From the NCBI RefSeq assembly GCF_009914755.1, contig NC_060929.1: 64,000 bases of DNA; one strand, written 5' to 3'. Positions 40,447-52,595 of this stretch are shown piece after piece; the first letter of the stretch is position 1; each line of letters begins with the position of its first letter. The notes beneath the pieces are model-generated. The model was not told the DNA's origin. It made no database searches and saw only the letters and a list, made by a program, of their open reading frames with translations. Made by a program: the position numbers and the translations under genes. The stretch is from the human T2T-CHM13v2.0 reference genome, Homo sapiens.

Positions 40447-42030
40447 GTGAGCCCACCCCACCTCCACCCTTCTGGCACCCACATCCGCTCCCCACCCCAG
40501 CCCACCTGCAGGTGGCTCCTGGAGTATCCTGGGTCCCTCAGGATAAACTCCCCACCCTAACCTCAGAATGACCAAGAAACTGGGCCTGAGGATGACAAGA
40601 AGCAGAATGGGCCTTGGTAAAGGAAGACCCCCCACTGATTGGTGGCAGTGCGGGCAGTTCGGGGCTGTCAGCGTCTGGGTTGTAGGTAAAAAGAAATGGA
40701 ACCCAAGAAGGGAAATCCAACTAGGAGCCAAGAATCCGGTCTACCCCATCCTCCTTACGAAATAGCAATGCAAAGCCCGTGTGATTTGGACATAAAGCCT
40801 CTGTTACTCAACTTGATTCGGTGAATAACAGACTTGAAAGAAATGTGGAAAATAATAGTAATCTTCCCTAGAAAGGAGTAAACAGGGTTGAGCTCCCAAA
40901 GCAGGAAGACCTGGGGCTGTGTGATCTTGGACGAGTCACTCAACCTCTCTGAGCCTAGTGATAAAGAGCCAGCTCATAGGGCTTTGAGAGGATTTGTGAG
41001 GTTGGGCTGGTGTCCCCAGGCACAGCCCTTGGCACATAGTGAAACTCAAGAAAACAGAGCAGTTTTTACCATTCATCACATTATTCCCACACTTGCCAAT
41101 TTTTTAAGTTCATGCACATGGTGGAACAGGTAGGGTGAGGTGCCAGCTCCATAAGATGAGTGGAGAAACTGAGGCCTGGAGAGGTGAAAGCATTCACTCA
41201 GAGTTGCATGTAGAGTCAGTTGCAAAGGAGAATTCTGGCACCAGTTCTCATGTGGATGGAAAAAGTGCAGGAAGATTTGGAGGTGAGCAGAGGAGAAGGG
41301 AGGAGGAGGCCGGGTTCCAGGAAAGGAGCTGACATCCAGGGATGTGGGACAAGGCCCAGGCCTGTCTTACATAACATGGTCCACCTGTTCACCCCTGCAG
41401 GCCCCACAAATGTGTGCAAACGTGCACCCCGGCACAGCGCACACCCAGTCCTCCCTCACTGGCAAATAAGCCACAGAGACTGGGTTTAAACAAATTGGAT
41501 TAGGAGGGCTACAGGCGCCTCCTCCCCCCGACTGTCCGGCTCCGACACTAAACAGACCTGCAGAACTGCCAGCTGTGGTCTCTCGGACACACTGACAGTC
41601 GGTCCTTGGCTCCCTCACCCCACCCGTGGGCCTCAGGAAGGGGGTTGGGGTCTGAGAGGATGCCACAGTGATGGATGGGGTGAGGGAGGTTCCAGGGCTA
41701 GCTCAACAGCGCACAGGATGTTAGTGCTTTTGCGAGGCACATTTCCGAGCTGTTCCCAGACCCGCCCCCACTTCCCCCCTCACCCTCCCCTCCGGCAGCC
41801 TCTCCCATGGCCACTGCTGCGGGCTGTGAGCAGAGCCCCGTCCTTGAGCAGATTGACCTCATCTTTCAGTCCTGCAGCTGGGCTGAGCGGGGAGTCAGCT
41901 CAGAAGACACTGGCCTGGGGATGAGACTCGGGGCATGCTTCAGAGGGAAGAAAGAGCTTCTGAACAGACAATGCTGTCTTAAAGGTGGCATCTTGGTGCT
42001 TTCTCATGCCTTGTTTTCTTTCATCCTCAG

Positions 42031-42154
42031 AATGTGTCTGGGGGTGAGAGGACGGGTGTGACTGCTGAAACTTCCTTTCTTGGTGATTCCACATCACTCC
42101 TTTCTGATCCCTGAGCCTGTGCCACGCCCTGTGTGATGTGCCGGGGACACCAGG
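42031..42154 (+). ncRNA. Candidate CARMN cassette exon
   Basis: Strong acceptor TTGTTTTCTTTCATCCTCAG|A; weaker donor AGG|GTGAAT. Confidence 0.4.
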
Positions 42155-42846
42155 GTGAATACTTACAGGCCCTGTTCCCCTTCCTTCATGAAACAGCCTC
42201 CTTCGGGCTGGGTCACTGGGCACTGGGGCCTCCCTGGTCTTCCAGGATTGCAACTTCACAGAATCCCTTTTCCATAAGGCACATGAAAGTGACTGTGACC
42301 CGCAACGGGAGCCTTGACAACCAGCCAATTCAGAACACAGACCTTGACATCGGAAGGCCCCGAGTTCAAATCCTGCCTTGCTCCCTTTCAGCTGGAAAGC
42401 TGTGGTCAAATTACTTAGCCTCTCCAAGCCAGTTTTCCCTTCTGCAAAATGAGGTTACACAAGCTGCCACCTCACAGAATGAGTGTGAGAATTAATTCTT
42501 ATTTTCCACACCCTCATTTGACAGGGGGAGAAACAGAAGCCCAGAGAGGGAAAGGGCTTGGTTAGGATCACACCATGAGTTGGGGGTTAAGTCAGGATGG
42601 GGTAGGTCCCCTCTTTCTCTGGGTGTTCCTCTCCCCCATCCCTTATCTCAACATAAATCCTCCCCAGTTGCCCAGGTTGTCCAGGCGATTCCTGGCACAC
42701 GTCCTGGGGCCTGCCCTCCACCTTTAGCCCTGCTCTGGCTTCTGCAGCAGCAGAGTCCTGGGTGACCAGCAGTGGCCCCTGGCCCTCTGAGTGGTGGTGG
42801 AGGGTGGGGGTGCACTGCAGCAAGCTCCCAGCCCAGAGCAGCCTGG

Positions 42847-42920
42847 CCATATAAGGGAAGGAGCTCAGGGAGGCCTCCTGGCTCAGGCCTGGCGAGAAAA
42901 CCCAGACAGCCACTGTTTAT
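42847..42920. promoter_or_regulatory. miR-143/145 upstream SRF/myocardin enhancer core
   Basis: Perfect CArG CCATATAAGG 42847-42856, about 4.9 kb upstream of pre-miR-143; SMAD element CAGAC 42903; forkhead-like TGTTTAT 42914. Confidence 0.8.
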
Positions 42921-42934
42921 TTTCTCCTCCCCAG

Positions 42935-43089
42935 CTCACCCACGCCTCTCCAAGCCTCCCAACAGAAGACAGAGGTCCCCCACAGCCAGAGACATTTCCT
43001 GAAGACATGGGGAACACAGAGGCAGAAACAGCCCATCCACCCAGGAGCTGTCCCCCACACTGCCGGGAGCCGGCACCCAGAGCCGCCAG
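42935..43089 (+). ncRNA. CARMN: CARMN exon (internal form; may read through to the poly(A) site near 44500)
   Basis: Acceptor TTATTTTCTCCTCCCCAG|C; donor CAG|GTAAAA; alternative donor GGG|GTAAGT at 43242/43243. Confidence 0.55.
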
Positions 43090-44467
43090 GTAAAACTGAG
43101 GCCACCTGGTTCAACATCACCTTTCACAGAAGGGGAAGCAGCCACAGAAAGAAGGGCCTCGTTAAGAAGTGGAACCTGGGACCCCCAAGCGGTGTCTCTC
43201 ATCCTGACTGGGGATCCAGAGTAGGAGGGAGCCTTTGGTGGGGTAAGTGGAATGGGGCGGGGTGGGGGGTGGCCATAGACCCCTCTTCTCAGTAAGGCCC
43301 TCATGTGAAGGAGGCAGGGGTTGGGACAAGTGCTAAGTATGCAAGACTCAAGGGAAGAGCTGCTGGAGCCAGGAGAAGCACCTCCCTCCCGGCCCCTCTG
43401 CCCCTCCTCATAGCCCAGCTGCACTGACTCCTCCTCCAGGAAGCCTTCTCAGCTTCCCCAGGGGTGGGAACCTTTTTGTCCTCCAGGTGTGCTTGGCTGT
43501 CCTTTCTTGGGCTCTCTCTCTCTCTCTCTCCTCATCCCACTTGAGTCTGCCCCCTATTCACCTTGTGAGGGGAATTTTCCTTCTACTCAATCTGACCGAG
43601 GTCCTCCAGGTCAAGGACAGCGAGGCTCTCAGTCCCACTTCCCCTTGGCACATAGAAGAGGCAGTGCGCTGAAGGGACAGGTGAAATGATTAGACCCTGC
43701 CCCCAAACCAAGGCCTGGCCAATTGGACAGGGCATGAGACATTCAGCGTAGAGGTTAAAACGAGGGCCCTGGGTTAGGAACCCCAGCTCAGTTCTCAGCT
43801 CTGTACCCTTGGAAAATTCCCTTCCCATGGAGCTTTGTGGATGCACAAGGACTTGCACAAAGAAAACATTCAATATCCAGGACTATAAAATTCCACAAAT
43901 GATTGTGCTTATTACATTCATTATCACGATGATTATTCCAGACACAAAGGAACAGAACGAGGCACCAACAGCAAGGGGCAAGCAGATTCAAGGGCCACAG
44001 AGGAGATGGAGGCAAACACCTTCCCCTGGTCAGAGGCTGTGCCTCAGCCCTTCTCCCTGCATCAGTTTCTCCTTCAGAAGCATGGGACTACCTCCCATCT
44101 AGTTCTCGTTTCTAAACCTAGGGGAGATGCTATCTTTGCTGCAATAATCTTAGCCTACATCTTGGAATGGAAATGGCCTTGGTGGAAATGGTCTTCAACT
44201 CCTCTGGTCCAAGCTCAGGCCCTGTGACCCTGGAACAATCCCCTTCCTGGTCCTCCATGTAGGAGCAATAACATTCCCTTGCCAGCAGCACCAGCCATTC
44301 TGATGATTAAATGGTATCGGACTCTGTTTTCCAAACTCAGTCATTCAGATGCCCCCTATTTTATTTCTTCCATGTCTGCAAATGATTATAATATTTTTAA
44401 ATGTAGGATGAGTCCTTTTTATTACACATAGAAATAGCTACTGTAAATAGCAAACTCTAACACTGTG

Positions 44468-44477
44468 CCTAATTAGG
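44468..44477. promoter_or_regulatory. Palindromic CArG box
   Basis: CCTAATTAGG matches CC(A/T)6GG. Confidence 0.55.
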
Positions 44478-44478
44478 A

Positions 44479-44550
44479 AATAAAGGTAACCATAAATACA
44501 GTAAAAATGAAACAATGTTATTATGGTTTAACCTGATAGTGTGGCTTGCA
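44479..44550 (+). terminator. Candidate proximal poly(A) signal
   Basis: AATAAA 44479-44484, upstream TGTA at 44402 and 44442, downstream U/GU-rich sequence. Confidence 0.5.
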
Positions 44551-45069
44551 AGGCCCTGGGCCTGAAGCCTGGGCAATAAGTGAGAGTTAGAAAGGTGTCA
44601 AAGACATGATAGCAGCAAACTGAGGCTTTGTACCCCACGGTAAATAGGACTGAAAGCAAATTCACAGGGAGCAACTGATCCATTCCACAACAGAATGCTC
44701 CCTGTCAATTCGCTTTCCATTCTGTTGTGTCCTGTCTCCCAGCAGAGACTACAAACTCCCCAAAACCACTTACCCACCAGCTGCACGTGAGAAGCCAAAG
44801 GTAGTTTATGTGAAAGGGCTTTGGAAATAATCACGCACCAAGTGAAGGCAGAGGACACACCTTGTCAGCTTAGTTCTCAGCAGCAAATCATCTCTTTTCC
44901 AGGATAACCCTCCCTGATTCTTATTGAAATCTCTTTGCTGACCACACTAAGCTCTTCTCTCTCAGGGGCAGTGGGAGCCGTGGAGAGTGGAATAGACCAG
45001 CTGTCTGTGACCTGCGAGGGAGTCCAATGTCGGAATCACTCCCCAGCCAAATGCACGGTTTTAAAAAAT

Positions 45070-45250
45070 CTATTTATTTATTTATGTAGAGACCAGGCTA
45101 TGAGACTGGCTAATTTTTCGTATTTTTGGATAGAGACAGGATTTCATCGTGTTGCCCAGGCTGGTCTTGAACTCCTGGGCTCAAGCGATCCACCTGCCTC
45201 GGCTTCCCAAAGTGCTCAGGATTACAGGCGTGAGCCACTGTGCCCAGCCA
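45070..45250 (-). mobile_element. Partial Alu/FLAM
   Basis: Antisense left-monomer sequence. Confidence 0.8.
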
Positions 45251-45445
45251 CCAAATGCAGTTGAAAAGAGTTTCTGCAAGATAATTCCACAGAAGAGGAA
45301 AGCAGTTATCTGGCTGGGAATACCTTAGACAGAGGCTGTCCTCTACACAGGCTGTCAGAACTGACCTACTGACCTGCCTGCTGGCATGATAGACCAGAGG
45401 GAAACACTCTTTCCACTCTTCCCAGACTGAGTGTAAGAGACAGAC

Positions 45446-45876
45446 TTTTTTTTTTTTTTTTGAGACGGAGTCTCACTCTGTCACCCAGGCTGGAGTGCAA
45501 TGGCAAGATCTCGGCTCACTGCAACCTCCACCTCCCCGGGTTCAAACCATTCTCCTGCCTCAGCCTCCCAGGTAGCTGGGATTACAGGCTCCCGCCACCA
45601 CGCCTGGCTAATTTTTGTATTTTTAGTAGAGACAGGGTTTCACCATGTTGGCCGGGCTGGTCTCGAACTCCCAACCTCAGGTGATCCGCCTACCTTGGCC
45701 TCCCAAAGGGTTGGGATTACAGGTGTAAGCCACTGCTCCCAGCCTTTTTTTTTTTTTTTATTAGAGACAAGGGCTCCCCATGTTGCCCAGGCTGATCTTG
45801 AACTCTAGGCTCAAGCGATCCTCCTGCCTGAGCCTCCCAAAGTGCTAGGATTACAGGCATGAGCACTGCTCCCAGC
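45446..45876 (-). mobile_element. AluS (45446-45744) plus FLAM (45745-45876)
   Basis: Two tandem antisense Alu units, each with poly-T. Confidence 0.9.
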
Positions 45877-46487
45877 TCTGTTTTTGTTTTTTTAAGGAGG
45901 TATATTTTTTCTGTTCTCTCTCAGCCCTGAAGAAAGGCTACCCATCCCCTTCAGACATTCCTGAAAATATATGTCATCCAACATCAAGGCCACCACAGTG
46001 ACCACTAAGCAATGCAAGAAGGTCCTCTGGGGTGCCCTGAGATCTTGGCAGGGCAGGAAGAGTGAGAAGGGGCTTTGCCTGCTCACCTGAAAGTTCCCAC
46101 CCAAGCCGGGCCCAGAAAACAAAATGAATTATCTACATGGTCATCCAATCAGCCACCAAATGGCATTACCTAGGTCCATCATCATGTACCAAGCCACAGG
46201 TCAGACCCAGGGCCCCCCAAATTAACAAGACACAGGCACTGTCCTCAGGAAGTGGAGATCTAGCCAGGTCAGACCCACACACAAATAACACTGATACTAG
46301 AGATAATGAGATTGGGAATTATGATTCAGCCATTCAACCTGGGCTTATGTGGCATCTACACCACCTGGCCCTGATTTCAGTAGTGAGCACAGTTGACAGG
46401 GTCCCTTCCCTTCACAGGTGAGCCATGTAGTCCACAAGTGGAGGTGGTCGTAAGTGAAAACCACATTACCAGCATGGTAAAGGGTTA

Positions 46488-46850
<363 letters not shown>

Positions 46851-47727
46851 GTCAAGGAGGGTTTCCCAGAGTGGCCACTTGATTAGAGACCTAGCACAGG
46901 AGGAAGAGATGGGCAGGGAGAGTGACGGGGAGCAGCACAGTCCCTGGGAGCCCGAAGTGGGTGGGCACAGGGCTCCCTAGGAGAATGGAAGGACATCTAT
47001 GAGCTGTAGCCCAAGAGGAAGAGGTCACTGGGGCTAGATGCGGCAGACCCTCGCAGGCTTTGGGAAGGGCTTCAGAATTCAGCCTGAGGGCAATGGGGAG
47101 CCCTTTTGGGATATTAAACTTGAGTAAGATATGAGCATATTTGCATCTTGAAAAATCATTATGGGAAGATGGCTGGGAAGAGAGGAGGAGTGGCAGAAGA
47201 AAGATAGGTTGGAGACAATTGATTGCTCGATGATATAAAATGTTAAGTACCATGAATGATGCTGTTAGGCTGGAATGCGCCAAGCATAAAGGTGGGGCAT
47301 GGCATCAAAAGGTAGGTCAACATATTAAATAATTCCATGTATTGAAATATCCAGAAAATATATAGACAGATCTATAGAGATAGAAACTGGTCTGCCCAGG
47401 ACTAGGGGTTGTCTAAGGATAAGGAGCTTCTTTTTTGGATGGTGAAATAACCTAAAATATATTGTGCCATTGTTTGCACAACTTTGTGAATATATTAAAA
47501 ACCTGTTAATTGTACTCACTAAATGTCCTCCTTCTAAATTAAGCTGTTCTTGACAAGAAAAGGAAAGAAACAAAGAAAAGAAGAGAAAAAAGGTCAAGGT
47601 TTGGTCCTGGGTGCTCAAATGGCAGGCCACAGACAGGAAACACAGTTGTGAGGAATTACAACAGCCTCCCGGCCAGAGCTGGAGAGGTGGAGCCCAGGTC
47701 CCCTCTAACACCCCTTCTCCTGGCCAG

Positions 47728-47884
47728 GTTGGAGTCCCGCCACAGGCCACCAGAGCGGAGCAGCGCAGCGCCCTGTCTCCCAGCCTGAGGTGCAGTGCTG
47801 CATCTCTGGTCAGTTGGGAGTCTGAGATGAAGCACTGTAGCTCAGGAAGAGAGAAGTTGTTCTGCAGCCATCAGCCTGGAAGTG
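47728..47884 (+). ncRNA. CARMN: Exon containing pre-miR-143
   Basis: Branch-point-like CTAAC 47705, acceptor CCCCTTCTCCTGGCCAG|G, donor GTG|GTAAGT. Confidence 0.65.
47763..47868 (+). ncRNA. MIR143: miR-143 hairpin (5p 47789-47810; 3p 47823-47843)
   Basis: GGTGCAGTGCTGCATCTCTGGT and TGAGATGAAGCACTGTAGCTC, the recognised mature sequences, in a stem-loop. Confidence 0.99.
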
Positions 47885-47981
47885 GTAAGTGCTGGGGGGT
47901 TGTGGGGGGCCATAACAGGAAGGACAGAGTGTTTCCAGACTCCATACTATCAGCCACTTGTGATGCTGGGGAAGTTCCTCT

Positions 47982-48031
47982 ACACAAGTTCCCCTGGTGC
48001 CACGATCTGCTTCACGAGTCTGGGCATGTCC
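47982..48031. promoter_or_regulatory. p53-type half-sites upstream of miR-145
   Basis: GGGCATGTCC (48022-48031) is a perfect RRRCWWGYYY; ACACAAGTTC (47982-47991) has one mismatch. Confidence 0.4.
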
Positions 48032-48138
48032 TGACTCCTCTGTGTACCCCAGTGTGTCCATCTTAGCATGAGGCGTTAGCATTTCCCCAGCACCCTGCCT
48101 CTGCTTTCTCTTTCTGAGCCCATGGCAGACACAGCTAA

Positions 48139-48463
<325 letters not shown>

Positions 48464-49329
48464 TGAAGTGCTCAGATGCAGCTTCAGAATCCTCAACAAT
48501 GAGCCCTGGAAAGCCACTAGTACTGATTCACAGCTGAAACTCATTCATCATTTGTGGATCAAACAATTCCTAAAAACCCTTTCAGCCCTGAAGATAAAAA
48601 TTCTGGCCTTTGAGTCAGGGTCTTCACTCTGTACTTCTAACCTTGGCTCCGGGGTATTGCCGAAACCAGTCCAGGCACGTCACAAATGTCTGACTTCTCC
48701 CAGAGGCTTCAGAAGCACAATGAGCAGCAGAGGAGAGCCATGGAGCCAAGCACAGTCTCATTTAACCTCCCCAAAAGCTTGGGAAGTGGGTGGTGTTATA
48801 GCCCCATTTTACAGATGAGAAAAACTGAGGCTTATTTAAGCAGCTCACCTAAAGTCACATATTGATTGTGCTGAGCTGAGATTGTACCCTAATCTGCCTT
48901 CAAATCCATGTTTTTACCCATTGCATGTGATTATGGAACCTGGGACCGAGGAGCAGGAGGAGAACATTCTAAATTCTGCTCCCATCTTGTCTTTACATCT
49001 CAGGTCACTTTTAGCAAAGACAGACCCGGACACTTGCCATTAATACTACAGGCTTCCTTCCTCCTACCCCCTTCCCCCAATCTTATTCATCTCACCTCTC
49101 CAGTAGGTCGTGGACTCATGCATTTTATAATTAAAGAAGGCCAAGGCTCAGGGGTTAAGTGACTTACTGGAGGTTATCAGAGAGGAAGTTGCCAAACCCA
49201 GGCTAGGAACTGAATGGTTGGTTTAAATCCACCCCTCTGGCAGGAGACTGGGGAATACACATGAGCCGTGCAGACAGCAGAGGGCAGTCCTGGGGGTGGG
49301 GGCGCCAGAGGGTTTCCGGTACTTTTCAG

Positions 49330-49679
49330 GGCAATTGAAGTTCCGGTCACTACTCCCCCCCAGAGCAATAAGCCACATCCGGCGACGTGTGGCACCCCAC
49401 CCTGGCTGCTACAGATGGGGCTGGATGCAGAAGAGAACTCCAGCTGGTCCTTAGGGACACGGCGGCCTTGGCGCTGAAGGCCACTCGCTCCCACCTTGTC
49501 CTCACGGTCCAGTTTTCCCAGGAATCCCTTAGATGCTAAGATGGGGATTCCTGGAAATACTGTTCTTGAGGTCATGGTTTCACAGCTGGATTTGCCTCCT
49601 TCCCACCCCACAGTTGCCCCCCAATGGGGCCTCGGCTGGCTCACAGGATGAGGGTTCAAGAAGAAGGCTGTCCCTGGAG
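49330..49679 (+). ncRNA. CARMN: Exon containing pre-miR-145
   Basis: Acceptor TACTTTTCAG|G (alternative CTACAG|A at 49414/49415); donor GAG|GTAAGA. Confidence 0.55.
49492..49579 (+). ncRNA. MIR145: miR-145 hairpin (5p 49507-49529; 3p 49545-49566)
   Basis: GTCCAGTTTTCCCAGGAATCCCT and GGATTCCTGGAAATACTGTTCT in a stem-loop; CNNC (CAGC) at 49583. Confidence 0.99.
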
Positions 49680-50171
49680 GTAAGAGGGCTTATGAACCAT
49701 GTTCCAAACCTTTGCGTTGCTTTTCTTTCCATCGTGTCTATTTCATAACATCCCTGTGAGGCTGGATGTGGGAACTTCAGCACTGCCGTACTCTTGGGAA
49801 ATTTGTCCAAGGCCACCCGGCTGAGCAGCGGTTGAACCAGGACACCATCAGGCATGCGTTTCTTGTCTCCACCACACCCTCAACCCACTTCCCAACGCGC
49901 CTTGCGACAGGGGCTGCGGTATTGCATCCACATGACTGATAAACTAGTAAACACACATGAATTCATTTTAAAAGTGTATTCAATCAGTTAGGTAAACTAA
50001 AAACCTTAAGTCTTCGTTCGATTTGGAATGCAGCCAGAGAACAAATGGAAAATTTTTCAAGGTAGAGAAGATGAAAACTCAGAACGCCCTCTTGTGGCAT
50101 CTCTACCCACCCTAGGAACACTATGGCTCTTCCCCTACACATGGTGATTGCTAACCTTGCTACAAGACGTT

Positions 50172-50173
<2 letters not shown>

Positions 50174-50205
<32 letters not shown>
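50174..50205. repeat. (AC)16 microsatellite
   Basis: Counted directly. Confidence 0.95.
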
Positions 50206-50207
<2 letters not shown>

Positions 50208-50470
50208 AGGTTCCTTTTGCCCCCTCACTTTTGAGCCAGTGACTACTGAAACCCTCTCCATTGTTGCACCACCAGCAATGCCCCCATCACTTCCTCTCAT
50301 TTACTTCCACAGGCTGGTTCATCCTCAAAGCCCTCCTTACGTAGATCTGTGGGATCAGTGAGGCTCAGAGAGGTAAAGTGGCCAGCCCAAGGTCGCCCAG
50401 ACAGCAAAAGGCAGGGCCAGCGCTGATTTCAAGTCCAATGGCCTATGGCAATTTCTTAGCCAAAAGCAAA

Positions 50471-50660
50471 ATCTACAAAAATAAAAAGTCAGGCACAGTG
50501 GTGAGTGCCTACAGTCCCAGCTACTGAGGAGGCCGACGGGGGAGGACCACTTGAGCTTGGGAGTTCCTGGCTGCAGAGAGCTATGATTGTGCCTGTGAAT
50601 AGCCAATGCACTCCAGCCTGAGCAAGATAGGGAGACCCTGTCTCTAAAAAATACCTAAAT
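50471..50660 (+). mobile_element. Alu right monomer/FRAM
   Basis: CAGGCACAGTGGTGAGTGCCTACAGTCCCAGCTAC...CACTCCAGCCTG. Confidence 0.8.
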
Positions 50661-50758
50661 AATTTTAAAAGTCAGCCTCTCTGACTGCCTATAGAGAATG
50701 CTAACTAACTGAATGACAGAAGACCTAATGTAATCCAGGTGCAAAATCAGAACTTTCC

Positions 50759-51076
<318 letters not shown>

Positions 51077-51208
51077 CTAGGGCTTTTCATGGAGATGTAG
51101 AAATGGTAGTAAGTGCCAAGGCCCCAGAACCCTCATGTTTGGGTCCGACTCCCACATTGCCAGAGACTAGGCAGCTCACACAGGTGTCCCAAGCTGTCTT
51201 TCTCACAG

Positions 51209-51700
51209 GCCGCATTGAAGGCATTTATGAAATGAGACCCCCTCTTCCTCATCCGTAGTGACAGGGCTGGCCTGACCGTGGAGAAATCAGATTTGATCAT
51301 GATAGCTTCCACTCCGTGACTGGTCACGATCTGCCAGGCGCTGTGCTAAACACTTTCATAGGCCTTGTCCCCCTCCATCCTGATAACACCCCAGTGAAGC
51401 AGGCCCTGCTCTTCACTCCACTCCACAAAGCCAAGGCTGAGAGAGGTTAACAGACTTACCTAAGGTCACACAGCTAAGAAGTCGTGAAGCTGGGATCGAA
51501 TCAAGTCTGTGTTTATGGGTTTAACTATCATGTTGTGGCCCCAACCCCATTTGACCTAGCCTGGCTGGTGGGCCTTCTTGCAGTAGCTTCCCCTGGAGAA
51601 GAGGAAAAGCAAACCTTCATTGAGACCCAAGCGGTCTCTCCTGTGCTCTGTGACAATAATAAAGTTCCAGCCCTTGGCTCCTGTCCTGTTTCTTTCTGGG
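51209..51700 (+). terminator. Candidate terminal exon and distal poly(A) signal
   Basis: Acceptor CTGTCTTTCTCACAG|G; AATAAA 51658-51663 followed by CTGTCCTGTTTCTTTCT. Confidence 0.65.
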
Positions 51701-52225
51701 AATTTGGGGAAGGGGGGAGGTGGCGAAGGCAGGGAAAGAACCTGACAGGCCCAGCTGAACACCCCCAAGTGGCTCCACACAGCCACTTTGGGAGGCCACA
51801 TAGATAGCAGTCAGGACCCACATCCTGGCAGTTGGAGGCCCCAGGAAGCAGCCATGTCTGGGGATGCTTCCCTGGTATGGAGGGTTAGGGGATGGAGAGT
51901 GTCCCTTGAAGCTCAGTGAGGGCTTCTTGGGGCACTTGGGATCTAGCCATGTGGCAACCCCTCTCTGTCAGTCACAATGGTGTGACTGACCAGGTCAAAT
52001 AAGAAAGAGGGTGAAATGTGAAGCCAGTTCACATCTCACACAGGTGTTTGGATTCACAGTGGCCTCTGGACATTAGCCAGGCCCTGCAGTAACACTGGAC
52101 ATTAGCTGTGCCATAGGCAGCGTGGCCAGCACATGAGGACACTTTTCACATGGTTATCTGCCTTGGCGTGATCCTCCAAACTGCCATATTTTGAGGGGAA
52201 AAAAAAACACCACCTGAAAAACCAC

Positions 52226-52595
52226 TGTGTTAGTCCGTTTTCACACTGCTATAAAGAATACCACCTGAGACTGGGTAATTTATAAAGAAAGGAAGTTTAA
52301 TTGACTCACAGTTCTGCATGGCTGGGGAGGCCTCAGGAAACTTGCAGTCATGGCAGAAGAGGAAGGGAAAGCAAGGCACGTCTTACATGGCAGCAGCGGG
52401 GAGAGAGAGCGAGGAAGTGCCACACTTTAAAACCATCAGCTCTCATGAGAACTCACTCTCACCAGCTCTCACAAGAACAGCATGGAGGAAACTGCCCTCA
52501 TGATCCAATCACCTCCCACCAGGCCCCTCCCTTGACACCTGGGGATTACAATTCAAGATGAGATGTGGGTGGGGACACAGAGCCAAACCATATCA
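52226..52595 (-). mobile_element. THE1D/MSTA MaLR solo LTR
   Basis: TGTGTTAGTCCGTTTTCACACTGCTATAAAG...CAAACCATATCA. Confidence 0.85.
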
